Of a stretch of 64,000 bases of DNA, positions 49,153-59,403 are shown one piece after another. Location: assembly GCA_029560465.1 (NCBI GenBank), contig JAKQKX010000045.1:152260-216259 (forward strand). The letters are read 5' to 3'. The stretch comes from Candidatus Omnitrophota bacterium. GTDB taxonomy: Bacteria > Omnitrophota > Gorgyraeia > Zapsychrales > JANLHA01. Below the pieces are notes generated by a model. It saw nothing but the letters and a program-made list of their open reading frames with translations, did no database searches and was not told the DNA's origin. Numbering within the stretch: the stretch's first letter is position 1; each line of letters opens with the position of its first letter. A program made the position numbers and the translations under genes.

Positions 49153-51657
49153 TCATTTCCGGCACATTTTCTGCCGCGAAACAACCGAACAGACGCCGGA
49201 TAAAACCACGACAATAGCCACGCAAACGATTGTCGTTGTGTTCAGCCTGGCCAGTTCATATCCTAAAAGGACATACGCTACCGTGCAGGCGATAATGCCC
49301 GACATCAAGACGCAGTTCCGGCAGGAGCACACGGCTTTCACTTTCTTGTCTTCAAACACAAGCCACGGGAAACCGGTCACAAGCGCCGGCAATGTCATCA
49401 GCGTGATGACACTGGCGGCGAGCATGATCATAAACATAAAAAATCCCACGGTATTATAGGGGACCAGCGGCGAAGCAAAAAGGGGCAGGAACCCGATCGA
49501 GATCACCATCGCGTTTTTGATCAACGCCCTCGCCGGTGAGCCGAACATCCCTTCGGCCGTCTTAGGCCAGCTCTTATTGTCCGCGTAAAATGCGCGCGCG
49601 CGCTCAATGAAGTGGATGGCGAAATCAACGGCCAAACCCAAAGTCAACGCGGAAAGCACCGCCACGGGCATGTCATACTCCTTCCCCGTGTAACCAAGCA
49701 AACTGTAAATGAAAAGAATGGTGATCGTCAAGGGAAGCATCGACACGAGACCGGTCACGGGAGATTTAAAAAGCACGGTCATCATAAAAAGGACGATCAG
49801 GAAACTCCCCAAAAAGTTCACCAGCATGCCCACGACCATCTTGTCCTGCCATACCATGTTGATATACGTCAAGCCGGCCCAGTTGTAGGTCACGGGGAAC
49901 GGCGCCGGGTGGTTTTGAACGTATTCCTCAACCTGCTTCACCACGGCCGCCATCTGTTTATTGTCGCCGGACGTCAGCTGGAGCCACACATTGACCTTGG
50001 AATAATCGGGCACAACGAAATGCCAGAGGTCATCGGGCTTATGCGAATTCTCGAACGAAATCAGCGTCTGCGCCACGGCTGGAGCCGTCGGGGGGATGAC
50101 ATTGTTCTTTTTATCGCCCCCCAACAGTTCATAATAAACCTTCTTCGTGATGTCCGCCAAAGAGGTTGACTTGCCGACCGTCCCTTTGTCCTGCAGGTGC
50201 TGCTGCAGCCCTTCGATATAACGCAACATCGCCGGTTCCTGGAAGACCTGGGCCTCTTTGTCTTCCGCTTCCATGACCAGGTACACGCTGTAAACCCCGC
50301 CGAAATGCTCATTGAGCACCTTGTCCGCCACCCGGATGGGATGCTTCTTGTTAAACCATTTGGTCGGATTATCATTGATTTCAATATGCGTCATTCCATA
50401 AATAGAAAGGGCCACAACGGCCCCCGAACACCACAAAACCTGTTTCCAGTGTCTGACCGTAAATTTCCCCCACGCCGCAAGGGCGCGGCTTAAGATCCCT
50501 TGCTCAAGGTCATCCTCATGCACCCCGAAATTGCCCATCTTCCTTTCATCAAGAAGAGCGATATAAGCCGGGATCAACAGGACGGTGAGGACCCAGGCCA
50601 GCACGACGCCAAAGGCCACCGCGATCCCGAAAACCTGGACCGGCGGGATCGGGGCAAAAGACAGCGAAAAGAAGCCGGCCGCCGTTGTTAAGGTGGTAAA
50701 AAGATTCGGGCGGTACAGCTCATTCAACACATAAGTAATGGTTTTTTTCTTGTCTTTAAAAGTGCGGTATTTCTCAAAAAATTCATTTAAAATATGGATA
50801 GAATCAAGCACGGAAATCGGCAGGAGGAAAATAGGGATCATGGAGCTCATAATATGGATCGGGAAGCCCAGCCAGACCAAAACGCCCATAGTGATGATCA
50901 CCACGACGACAGCCATGACGAGCGGCATGAGCACCAGGGCCACATGCTTGAAGAACCACCACATCAGGATGAAAATAACCAAAACGGCCAGCGGCGCCGA
51001 GAGCCCCATCTGCCAAAACATCTCAACGCCAAACGCGTCCTCCGCCAAGGGTAGGCCCGTCAGGTGATACTGCTCCACTCCAGGATATTCCTTTAGGATC
51101 TTCTGGATATCCTTGGCGACGCGGTAACTCATGTTCTTCTCTTCAATGGGGACATAAACACACAGCGCCTTCCCGTCGCGGGAAATGAGCGTGTCGTAAA
51201 ACATCGGATTTTCCAAAGCGCGCATTTTGATACGACGGGCTTCCGCCGCGCTGTACGGAGGCGGGCCCATCAGCCAGCGGAAACTGATGGCCCCCGGCCC
51301 GGCCTGTTCCATATCGTCCTTATTGGCGAGGCTCATTAATTCATAGGCAATGACACCGTCAATCTTTTTGATCTCATCCGTGATCCGGTAAACCTTCTCT
51401 AACGTCACCGGATTAAAAACCCCGTCCGGATCCTTTTCATTGACTACCCCGAGGACAACATAGTCATAAATCGTAAATTCCTTTTTAACCTCATGGTTAA
51501 AGACGCGGACAAACTCTTGCTCCGGGAGCATGTTCTCGGGGTCGGTATCCACTTTAACCCGGGCAAACGCTGCCAAAGAAACCAGCACCGCGAACGCGGT
51601 GACAATAAAAACCGTCTTGGGCTTCTTAAGGGCATAGGCAATAAGTTTATTAACCAT
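49153..51657 (-). CDS. MMPL/RND family transporter
   Basis: Two TM halves; ISVLDSIH, TLTTAAGF, GLAVDFAIHF; Cys-rich C-terminal extension. Confidence 0.92.
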   Translation of the reverse strand: MVNKLIAYALKKPKTVFIVTAFAVLVSLAAFARVKVDTDPENMLPEQEFVRVFNHEVKKEFTIYDYVVLGVVNEKDPDGVFNPVTLEKVYRITDEIKKIDGVIAYELMSLANKDDMEQAGPGAISFRWLMGPPPYSAAEARRIKMRALENPMFYDTLISRDGKALCVYVPIEEKNMSYRVAKDIQKILKEYPGVEQYHLTGLPLAEDAFGVEMFWQMGLSAPLAVLVIFILMWWFFKHVALVLMPLVMAVVVVIITMGVLVWLGFPIHIMSSMIPIFLLPISVLDSIHILNEFFEKYRTFKDKKKTITYVLNELYRPNLFTTLTTAAGFFSLSFAPIPPVQVFGIAVAFGVVLAWVLTVLLIPAYIALLDERKMGNFGVHEDDLEQGILSRALAAWGKFTVRHWKQVLWCSGAVVALSIYGMTHIEINDNPTKWFNKKHPIRVADKVLNEHFGGVYSVYLVMEAEDKEAQVFQEPAMLRYIEGLQQHLQDKGTVGKSTSLADITKKVYYELLGGDKKNNVIPPTAPAVAQTLISFENSHKPDDLWHFVVPDYSKVNVWLQLTSGDNKQMAAVVKQVEEYVQNHPAPFPVTYNWAGLTYINMVWQDKMVVGMLVNFLGSFLIVLFMMTVLFKSPVTGLVSMLPLTITILFIYSLLGYTGKEYDMPVAVLSALTLGLAVDFAIHFIERARAFYADNKSWPKTAEGMFGSPARALIKNAMVISIGFLPLFASPLVPYNTVGFFMFMIMLAASVITLMTLPALVTGFPWLVFEDKKVKAVCSCRNCVLMSGIIACTVAYVLLGYELARLNTTTIVCVAIVVVLSGVCSVVSRQKMCRK

Positions 51658-51687
51658 CCCATCCTCCTCTGAAAAAGAGTTAAAAAT

Positions 51688-52041
51688 TTATTTCCGTGCC
51701 GCGCGCCGTTCTGGGGTCTCAACCTTCAAAACCGCGTACGCCCCCCCTCCGATCCGAAGCGGCTTCCCGCAAAGAATCGCTTCCGCTGTTTTTCTGCGGG
51801 CAGATCTGATAATATTTCCGAAAGTCTGTCGGGACACCCTCATTTTTTTCGCCGCGTCAGCCTGATAGAGCCCCTGCCGGTCGGCAAAACACAGCGCCTC
51901 GCATTCATCAACCGTCAAAAGGACTTCTCCGCCTGAAACCAACGGCCCCCCCCGGGGCCTGAAATAGCGCACCTTGGGCTCTTCTCGAACACACCGGCAC
52001 TTTCTCGGCCGGCCGCGGGTTGTCTTGTTCTTTACTGGCAT
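51688..52041 (-). CDS. DUF134 DNA-binding protein
   Basis: RPRKCR...YFRP...LTVDECEAL...GLYQADAAKKMRVSRQTF...ARRKTAEAI..GK.LRIGGG. Confidence 0.92.
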   Translation of the reverse strand: MPVKNKTTRGRPRKCRCVREEPKVRYFRPRGGPLVSGGEVLLTVDECEALCFADRQGLYQADAAKKMRVSRQTFGNIIRSARRKTAEAILCGKPLRIGGGAYAVLKVETPERRAARK

Positions 52042-52076
52042 ATGCCAATAATATGCCACACGTCTTTTTTTGTCAA
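52036..52076 (-). promoter_or_regulatory. Sigma70 promoter with an overlapping palindrome
   Basis: TTGACA(52076-71)-17bp-TATTAT(52053-48); palindrome TGGCATATGCCA at 52036-47 covers the ATG. Confidence 0.75.
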
Positions 52077-52254
52077 GCGATTATTTATGCCCCCTTCATC
52101 CCCTTCGAGGGAGCCTGAGAAAAATTGGAAACGATCAAAAACCTGACGTTCTGCGGGCAAGAAGTTGGACGGCTATATTGATACTTTTGATCCTAACAGG
52201 GATGCGCTAAGAAGCCTGACGGCCGGATCTTCAATCATCGGATCTTCGGGTTTC

Positions 52255-54183
52255 TTAAAATTTTACGGTCAGTTTAGTATATATCGCCCTGCCTGACTGC
52301 TGTGGAAGTGTCGTTATCATGGTCTTCCTGTTAAACTCGACAAAATCATATTCCTGATCCAACAGATTCTGAACATACACATTCCATTCGAGATCTGCCT
52401 TCACCGGCAATTTATAGGTCATGTTGAAATCAACAAGGTCTACGGTATGGGCACTCGGATTATGGACCGCCGCGCTGTTTGCCCGCGGTTCAGAAAAAAT
52501 CGAGTTAAATAAACCGACATTCAAACCAAAATCCGTCATATAAGACAATCCGAATTTAACCATCAAATCCGGAGAATACATAAGATTGTCTTTCTCATCC
52601 TTATACATAAATGAGCCTAAAGCATATAAATTATCGGCTATATTGACTTTCCCTTCCAATTCGACGCCTTCGATCTCATATCCCCCGCCGTTGGAATAGC
52701 TGGCAGGAAGCGCGGTGGTCCGGGTTATGATATCCGTATATCGGCTTCTAAAGAAAGTGATGCTGGCGTCCACTTTCTGGGCGGTATAAAACAATTGCCA
52801 ATCAACAGTGGCAATTTGTTCCGGTTTCAAGCTGGGATTCCCGACCAAAGAAGAAATGGCCATGTATTGTTCAGCCGGGTACGGGGCCCGATAAGCTTCG
52901 CCATATAAAAGCTTAGTACCAAACTTTTTATCAAAATTATATATCCCACCGACACGGACGATAAATTTACCATCAATGCGGTAAGGTTTTACAAATTGCG
53001 TGCCAGCAATTAATTTCAATTTTTCTAAAGGCTTATAATCCACCTGGGTGTAACCGGTGTAATTCCTCTGAAAGTACGTGTCCGAGAAACTTGACCCGCT
53101 CTCCACTTTTGTTAATGTCCGGTCTTCCACCAACCCCCCGGCGATCAAGTTGACTTTTTCAAACAGCGTCCCCTGGGCGTACGCTTCATAAATCCAATCC
53201 AGGAAATCCTCATTATTTTCAATATTGGTATACGTGCTCCAGGGGTTCGCATTCATCGTCAAGTTCGTGTGCACGGCCCAGTCGTCGGAAATCTTGTGGG
53301 CTAATTCCAAATCATTAAAATATTTTCTGCCGATGGTTTTCCCTGCATGCGTCCAATTCGGCACAATTCCGAAATGTGAAACGCTATAATCACTATAAAA
53401 ACTGTTAAGGATAATATCGGTTTTCCCTTCATTGAAATTATATGAATAGTTACCGAAAACCCCAAAGTTCTCCTCGCTATAATTTGTCGAATTGCTCGCC
53501 CCTGTCAGGTCTTTGGCTTCAAACTTCCAGCCTTTTTCATCAAAATACATGAGCGCGGTGTTCAGCGAAATGTTCTGTTTGTCATACAGCAGATTGACTG
53601 TTTCTCTGGCCGCGCCAAATGACCCGACTCCGGTGCTGGCGGAGAACTCGGTATCCTCTTTGATCTTTTTGGTCACGATATTAATGACGCCGTCGAAGGC
53701 GTTGGTTCCGTAAAGCACCGAGCCCGGGCCGCGGATCACCTCAACACGTTCGATAATATCAATCGGAAAATTCGTGTAGACAGCGAAATTAATTCCGCCC
53801 ATCATCCCGTCCCGTACCGGCCGCCCGTTGATCAATAACAGCACGCGGGTATCTAAATGCTGATCAAGGTCCCCTCTCATGGACGTAAGATTCTGTATCC
53901 AGAGATTTGAACTTAGCATTTGAATACTCGGCGCCCGCTGCAGGATATCAAACAAGGTGTTGGCGCCAAAGTCTTTAATCTCTTTTTCCGTGATTACAGT
54001 CACGACGGCCGGGGAATCTTTAACGGCTTCTTCGCGTTTTGAGGCGCCGACAACGACATTTAAAAGTTCTTCCAAAGATAACTCCAACAGTCCTTCCTGA
54101 GAATGCGCAATGTGCGGCATCATAAACAAAGCCAGCATAAAAACGCATAAAATGCGGTCAATCATCCTGACTCTCATCAACAT
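52255..54183 (-). CDS. TonB-dependent receptor
   Basis: LSLEELLNV.V.ASK, IERVEVIRGPGSVLYGTNAFDGVINIVTK, GNPSLKPE, terminal Phe. Confidence 0.95.
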   Translation of the reverse strand: MLMRVRMIDRILCVFMLALFMMPHIAHSQEGLLELSLEELLNVVVGASKREEAVKDSPAVVTVITEKEIKDFGANTLFDILQRAPSIQMLSSNLWIQNLTSMRGDLDQHLDTRVLLLINGRPVRDGMMGGINFAVYTNFPIDIIERVEVIRGPGSVLYGTNAFDGVINIVTKKIKEDTEFSASTGVGSFGAARETVNLLYDKQNISLNTALMYFDEKGWKFEAKDLTGASNSTNYSEENFGVFGNYSYNFNEGKTDIILNSFYSDYSVSHFGIVPNWTHAGKTIGRKYFNDLELAHKISDDWAVHTNLTMNANPWSTYTNIENNEDFLDWIYEAYAQGTLFEKVNLIAGGLVEDRTLTKVESGSSFSDTYFQRNYTGYTQVDYKPLEKLKLIAGTQFVKPYRIDGKFIVRVGGIYNFDKKFGTKLLYGEAYRAPYPAEQYMAISSLVGNPSLKPEQIATVDWQLFYTAQKVDASITFFRSRYTDIITRTTALPASYSNGGGYEIEGVELEGKVNIADNLYALGSFMYKDEKDNLMYSPDLMVKFGLSYMTDFGLNVGLFNSIFSEPRANSAAVHNPSAHTVDLVDFNMTYKLPVKADLEWNVYVQNLLDQEYDFVEFNRKTMITTLPQQSGRAIYTKLTVKF

Positions 54184-54376
54184 CCCCTCTCCTGTCTGGT
54201 TAAACTAAAAATATAAATATCGGGATCAAACGCCTTTTGCAAAATCGGCCCCAGCGTAATGTGATTATTCTATACTCCTAGAAGGCCACACGCACACTTT
54301 TTTGTTTAAATTTTAAAAGAAACCACCTGTCTCTGTACCCATTGACATCACCTCCCACCCCATGTTAGAATCCGTC

Positions 54377-55126
54377 ATGATCAGGGACCTTTATCCGGCC
54401 CTGCTTGACCTTCTGTTCCCCCCTATTTGTATCCTCTGCCGAAGACCTCTTTCCTCATCAAGCAGACCATTTCAATTATGCGACGGCTGTCAGGCCCGCG
54501 TGTTGCCGAACCGGCCTCCCTTTTGTAATTTATGTTCCTGCCCGGTGACAGAAGAAACCGGCCCGCTCTGCCCCAGGTGCCGGCGGACCTCTTACCACTT
54601 TGACCAGGTCTGGGCGTGCGCCCCGTATCATGGCGCCATGAAAGACCTCCTCCACCTGTTCAAATACCGCCAAAAAACTGCCTTACGGTTTTTTTTCGCG
54701 AACCGGATGGCGGCTTTTCTGAAAACGCACGGCATCTCCTTGTCGGCGTTTGATGTCATTCTTCCTGTCCCGCTTCATTCCGCCCGGCTGCGGGAACGCG
54801 GGTATAATCAGTCGGCGCTCCTCGCTCAAGAGCTTTGCCGTCAGGGACAGCGGCCCCTGACGGCCCCCCTTCTCCAACGCGTCCGTAACACGAAGAGTCA
54901 AACCACGTTAAGACAAAAAGAACGCTGGACAAATATTCAGAGCGCCTTTACAATAAAATATCCATTGGCCTTTAAACATAAAAACGTACTGATTGTCGAC
55001 GACCTGTTCACGACCGGAGCCACGACTTCAGAAGCCGCCCGCGTCCTCAAGCAGGCCGGGGCCCGACGGGTCGTTGTCTTGACGTTGGCCATCGCTATTC
55101 AACCAAGCACCGGTTCCTCCGCATGA
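54377..55126 (+). CDS. comF: ComF family protein (double zinc ribbon and PRTase)
   Basis: FPPICILC, CxxC pairs, PVPLH..RLRERGYNQS, LIVDDLFTTGAT; start ATG 54377 follows TTGACA-18-TAGAAT. Confidence 0.93.
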   Translation: MIRDLYPALLDLLFPPICILCRRPLSSSSRPFQLCDGCQARVLPNRPPFCNLCSCPVTEETGPLCPRCRRTSYHFDQVWACAPYHGAMKDLLHLFKYRQKTALRFFFANRMAAFLKTHGISLSAFDVILPVPLHSARLRERGYNQSALLAQELCRQGQRPLTAPLLQRVRNTKSQTTLRQKERWTNIQSAFTIKYPLAFKHKNVLIVDDLFTTGATTSEAARVLKQAGARRVVVLTLAIAIQPSTGSSA

Positions 55127-56214
55127 GAATTATAAGAAACTATGTCCTGCAAGAATGCATCGTGCCCTTTTTCCTCGCCTTAGGGGTGCTCACGTGTGTT
55201 TTTCTCTTGGGAAACCTGATTCAATTGGCCCACATGGTCATCAACAAAGGCGTGAGCCTCATCACGGTCAGCCAGGTTTTCCTCCTGTACATCCCGGTCC
55301 TCTTGGGATACACCTTACCCATCGCCTGCCTGGTCGCGGTGATCCTGGGGTTCAGCCGTTTATCTGCAGACAATGAAATTCTGGCCATGCGGGCCAGCGG
55401 CATCCTTTTGCGGCGGCTGTTCATCCCCCTGTGCGTGGTCGGCGTCATCCTCTCCCTGCTGATGTTCATCCTGAATAACCGGGTCATCCCTTACGCCCAC
55501 CATGAACAGCGCAAACTTCTGAAAGACCTTGGGACGAAAAATCCGACCGCCCTGCTGGAACCCGGTGTTTTTATCCACGCCTTTGACGGCCAAATCCTTT
55601 TCATCCACCGGGTCGAAGACAACCGCATGTACAACATCACCATCTATCAGCCGCAGCCGGACGGCAAGCCGACCCGGACGATCATCGCCAGCCGCGGGGA
55701 ATTCTCCCGCGTCCCCGAAAAAAAACAGATTATCCTCAAATTGATCAACGGCACGTCTGATGAACCGGACCTGAAAAACCCGAATAATTTCTACAAGCTG
55801 AACTTCAACACGCTGTTCGTCACCCTGGACACGGCCCAGGCCGAAGAAAAAATCGACAAAAAACCCAAGAGCATGACGCTGCGGGAACTCAAGTCAGAAG
55901 GCCGCCGCCTGCAGCAGCTTCTCGTCGATACCTCCCGGTTGGAGACCGAGTATTACCGCAAAATCACCTGGTCCTTTTCCCCGCTGGTGTTCGTCACCCT
56001 GGGGTTCCCCCTGGCGGTCATCACCAACAAACGGGAAAAGTCCGCCAATGTCATCATCGCGATCATCGCTGCCGCGGTTTATTATTTGATCACCCTGGGC
56101 TGTGAAGCCCTGAGCATCGAGCAAATCGTTCCCGCCGCGATCATCATGTGGGTCCCCAATATTATCAGCGGCGCGGCAACGCTGTTTCTCAACTACCGGC
56201 TGACCCGGTTTTAA
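55123..56214 (+). CDS. lptF: LPS export ABC permease, LptF/LptG family
   Basis: RLSADNEILAMRASG, LGFPLA, MWVPNII. Confidence 0.85.
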   Translation: MRIIRNYVLQECIVPFFLALGVLTCVFLLGNLIQLAHMVINKGVSLITVSQVFLLYIPVLLGYTLPIACLVAVILGFSRLSADNEILAMRASGILLRRLFIPLCVVGVILSLLMFILNNRVIPYAHHEQRKLLKDLGTKNPTALLEPGVFIHAFDGQILFIHRVEDNRMYNITIYQPQPDGKPTRTIIASRGEFSRVPEKKQIILKLINGTSDEPDLKNPNNFYKLNFNTLFVTLDTAQAEEKIDKKPKSMTLRELKSEGRRLQQLLVDTSRLETEYYRKITWSFSPLVFVTLGFPLAVITNKREKSANVIIAIIAAAVYYLITLGCEALSIEQIVPAAIIMWVPNIISGAATLFLNYRLTRF

Positions 56215-56216
56215 CT

Positions 56217-57329
56217 ATGCAAATCCTGGACCGCTATATCATTAAATCCGTTATCTTCACCTTTATCGTGACGTTCTTCACGTTCGGGCTGCTCTTTGTG
56301 CTGGTGGATTCCGCCAGCAACCTTGATGAATTCATCGGGCAAAAAGTGTCTGTCCAGGTTCTGTTCCAGTATTATCTGGCTTATCTTCCGGTCGTGCTGG
56401 TTCAAACAACACCCATGGCCCTGTTGATATCGGTGCTGCTGACGTATTCGACCCTGAACGCCCATAACGAAGTGGTTGTGCTGCGGGCCAGTGGGATGAA
56501 TTTCTGGCGGATCACCCGCCCGGCCCTGGGTTTTGTCGCCGTCATGGCCGCCCTGACGTTCTTCATCAACGAGCGGTACATCCCACAGGCGGAGGAAAAA
56601 ACCAAAAAAATCAAGAACGAGAACCTGATCCTGGAAGTGGACCGCAAGAAAAAAAAGCTGGCGGCGATCAAGAACCTCACGTTTTACGGCCTCAAAAACC
56701 GGCTTTATTTTATCGACACGTTTGACCCTAACCCTGACTCATATAATCTGGAAGGGCTGACAGTCATCGAATATGACCAACAGCAAAATATCAAGGAAAA
56801 GCTGGTAGGCTTAAAGGGGACATGGACCGGGATCGCCTGGAAATGCTTCCAATGTCACGTGACGATTTTTCCAACCGACCCGCAAAGCACGATCAAGGTC
56901 AAAGTGTATGAGGAAAAACTGCTCGACATCAAAGAAACCCCGGAAGATTTCCTCAACCAACGGCTCACCGTGACCGCCATGAATATCGGGCAATTGACGG
57001 ACTACGTCGGCCGCTTTGCCAACAGCGGCGCGAAACGGGCGCTCAATAACCTGAAAGTGGACCTCTACCAAAAATATTCCTTTCCCCTGACCAACATCAT
57101 CATCGTTCTGGTCGGCCTCCCCCTCACGCTCAGCACCGGACGGCGCCGCGCCCAAACATTCTCATCGCTCGGGATAGCCATCGGGATTGGATTTCTTTAT
57201 TACGTGACAAACGCGGTGGGCCTGGCTTTAGGGAAAGGGGGAATCTTCCCTCCCGCAATCGCGGCCTGGATGGCCCCGGTGATCTTCACCGGCACCGCCC
57301 TTTACCTCATCAAATACAAATTCCGGTGA
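56217..57329 (+). CDS. lptG: LPS export ABC permease, LptF/LptG family
   Basis: MQILDRYI, NEVVVLRASG, KYSFP, AAWMAP; start ATG 56217. Confidence 0.85.
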   Translation: MQILDRYIIKSVIFTFIVTFFTFGLLFVLVDSASNLDEFIGQKVSVQVLFQYYLAYLPVVLVQTTPMALLISVLLTYSTLNAHNEVVVLRASGMNFWRITRPALGFVAVMAALTFFINERYIPQAEEKTKKIKNENLILEVDRKKKKLAAIKNLTFYGLKNRLYFIDTFDPNPDSYNLEGLTVIEYDQQQNIKEKLVGLKGTWTGIAWKCFQCHVTIFPTDPQSTIKVKVYEEKLLDIKETPEDFLNQRLTVTAMNIGQLTDYVGRFANSGAKRALNNLKVDLYQKYSFPLTNIIIVLVGLPLTLSTGRRRAQTFSSLGIAIGIGFLYYVTNAVGLALGKGGIFPPAIAAWMAPVIFTGTALYLIKYKFR

Positions 57330-57372
57330 ACATTTCTGCAAACAATCTGGTGGGCACTAATTTAACCTAGCT

Positions 57373-58818
57373 TTACTGTACCTGGACTTTCAACTGTTCC
57401 AAAAAATCCTCAAATTTTTTCCACCAACCCATATCACCGCTTAAATCAAGCATTCTCACAAGCTCTTTATCCTGAAAGATATTCTCACCAATACTTCGTA
57501 ATTCAGGTACTACTTTTTTTATATTTTCTTTAGAAACTTCGTTAGGGATCTTAAATTTACACGGGTCGGGCTCCCATCGCCTTATAATACGCACTGTAAG
57601 GCATAAAAGATATTTCATCTCGTTTTTTTCTTTGTCAAAATATGTGATAAAATCATCGTTAAAGATTCTATGCTCTATGCCAAAAATAAAGCCAAAAAAT
57701 ATAGCGAGAAAATCAAAATTATCTGGGATTATGGGATTTTTAACCGCCTGGCCACTGCTATATCGCAACTCGTCATAATTAAATATACACTCGACAAAAT
57801 CATACTTTTTATTTCTTAAGGCATAGGCCCCAACTGAAAAAATAATTCTTAACAAAGAATTATATCTGTATATTTTAGCAAACTGGGCAGATTCTTTCTT
57901 TATATCCTCTTCAAACTCATTGTCTGCCGGAGCTACATTTCGAATAACAGTAACAATCTTTTGAAAATCGTCATTCCATTGCGCTGACTGTCTTTGCCTA
58001 CACAAATATTTAATATTGTCTTTTAATTTATAATAACTTGCTGAAAACGGCCCCTGTTCTGCCCCTGCCAAAAGTTCCCGATAATCGCTCAGTTCTTTAC
58101 CATAACCAGGATCCTTCTCCTGCCCCAATGTTTCATCAACCGCTATATGTTGAATACATCTTTTAAATTGCTCAATTCGATTTTTATCAACAAGCTGAAT
58201 AAGTGCCACCCCAAAATACCTATTGAATATCGGCAAAAGCTCGAGATTAAACTTCCATTCGGCCTCCTTTCCGTTCTTAACAGATAAAAAAACAGGTTCT
58301 AAATACCAGTCAGTAAGAAGATCATCTGACACAAGAGCACGCATTTTTTCATTCTCGTTAATTCTTATTATCTTTTCTAGCACAAAATTTACAAAAGCTT
58401 CTCTCCGGATTAATTCATCTCTGAGAGTGTACTTAATAATTTCCAACAAAAAGTCACCCCACACCCCCATAATTTCATCACAGATAAATAAATAACCACT
58501 TTCAACCGCAGCCCTACAAATTCTATCTAGTTGTTCAACAGGAACCGCAAATCCATCCAGATATTCTTCTGATCTATGGATTAAACGAAAACCGCGTAGG
58601 GGATCCTTGGCAAGTGTAGCAAATTGAGAAGATGTAACGATATCCTTAAATCTTGCAAAATCTTTCTCATAATATTCAAACATCTTTAAAATTATTTTCT
58701 TGAATTCGCTTAAGTGCCGGGATATAAACTGCCTGTTCCCTTTCTTGGCTTCATAACAAAGGATATTTCCTATCCCTTGAATAGATTGTAAATACCGTTC
58801 TTTTGTTATAGATTTCAT
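57373..58818 (-). CDS. Hypothetical protein, AT-rich
   Basis: 481-aa ORF with composition unlike the flanking genes. Confidence 0.75.
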   Translation of the reverse strand: MKSITKERYLQSIQGIGNILCYEAKKGNRQFISRHLSEFKKIILKMFEYYEKDFARFKDIVTSSQFATLAKDPLRGFRLIHRSEEYLDGFAVPVEQLDRICRAAVESGYLFICDEIMGVWGDFLLEIIKYTLRDELIRREAFVNFVLEKIIRINENEKMRALVSDDLLTDWYLEPVFLSVKNGKEAEWKFNLELLPIFNRYFGVALIQLVDKNRIEQFKRCIQHIAVDETLGQEKDPGYGKELSDYRELLAGAEQGPFSASYYKLKDNIKYLCRQRQSAQWNDDFQKIVTVIRNVAPADNEFEEDIKKESAQFAKIYRYNSLLRIIFSVGAYALRNKKYDFVECIFNYDELRYSSGQAVKNPIIPDNFDFLAIFFGFIFGIEHRIFNDDFITYFDKEKNEMKYLLCLTVRIIRRWEPDPCKFKIPNEVSKENIKKVVPELRSIGENIFQDKELVRMLDLSGDMGWWKKFEDFLEQLKVQVQ

Positions 58819-58820
58819 GT

Positions 58821-59312
58821 TTATTTCAAAAATTCATCCAAATCTTTCAACAAATCTTTTATCAGCACTTCTCTGGACACCACATATTTTCTGGCCGTCA
58901 TTAAGAACTGAATGAAAAGCAAAATTACAAAAATAAACGAAAGGAAATCACTCCACAACAAAAGTGTTTGTGTAATATTCAAAGCATCTTCATTTTTTAT
59001 AAAAAAAAGCAGAAGGCAGGAAAAAACAATATGACCTAAAGCTACTGGCGGTAATAACTTAATAAATACTTCTTCACTAAAGCGTTCACCTATTACGTTA
59101 GATTCATATCTATCAGAAATCCTGCTAACGATATCAAGTGTCACCGGATATGCAATGCCCATAATCGCGGCTTCAAAGGCTATAACTGACTGTAAAAAAC
59201 TACTGTTGGGCATAAACCGGCCTAAGTAACAACCAATAGCGAACCCCAGTAAAGACCCGAAAACTATTTCATAATCATCGGGAATAGGACATTTTTTTGA
59301 CATGGGATTCAA
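58821..59312 (-). CDS. Hypothetical membrane protein, AT-rich
   Basis: About 4 TM; stop lies 2 nt before the next ATG. Confidence 0.7.
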   Translation of the reverse strand: MNPMSKKCPIPDDYEIVFGSLLGFAIGCYLGRFMPNSSFLQSVIAFEAAIMGIAYPVTLDIVSRISDRYESNVIGERFSEEVFIKLLPPVALGHIVFSCLLLFFIKNEDALNITQTLLLWSDFLSFIFVILLFIQFLMTARKYVVSREVLIKDLLKDLDEFLK

Positions 59313-59403
59313 TAATAATTTAATAAGATCACTCGACCGAACTATTAGAAATTAATCTGTATTTTACTCCTTATTATCTTCCAGCTCTATGACAATATCA
59401 CAT

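Noticed and set aside
54184-54340. Cobalamin or other riboswitch upstream of the TonB receptor
   Set aside because: Short AT-rich spacer lacking B12-box or other aptamer motifs
44251-56216. Long N-terminal extensions in the ORF track (45111, 49214, 56148; also 12530, 24630, 43590)
   Set aside because: They overlap neighbouring genes or lack an SD; downstream ATGs fit family starts better
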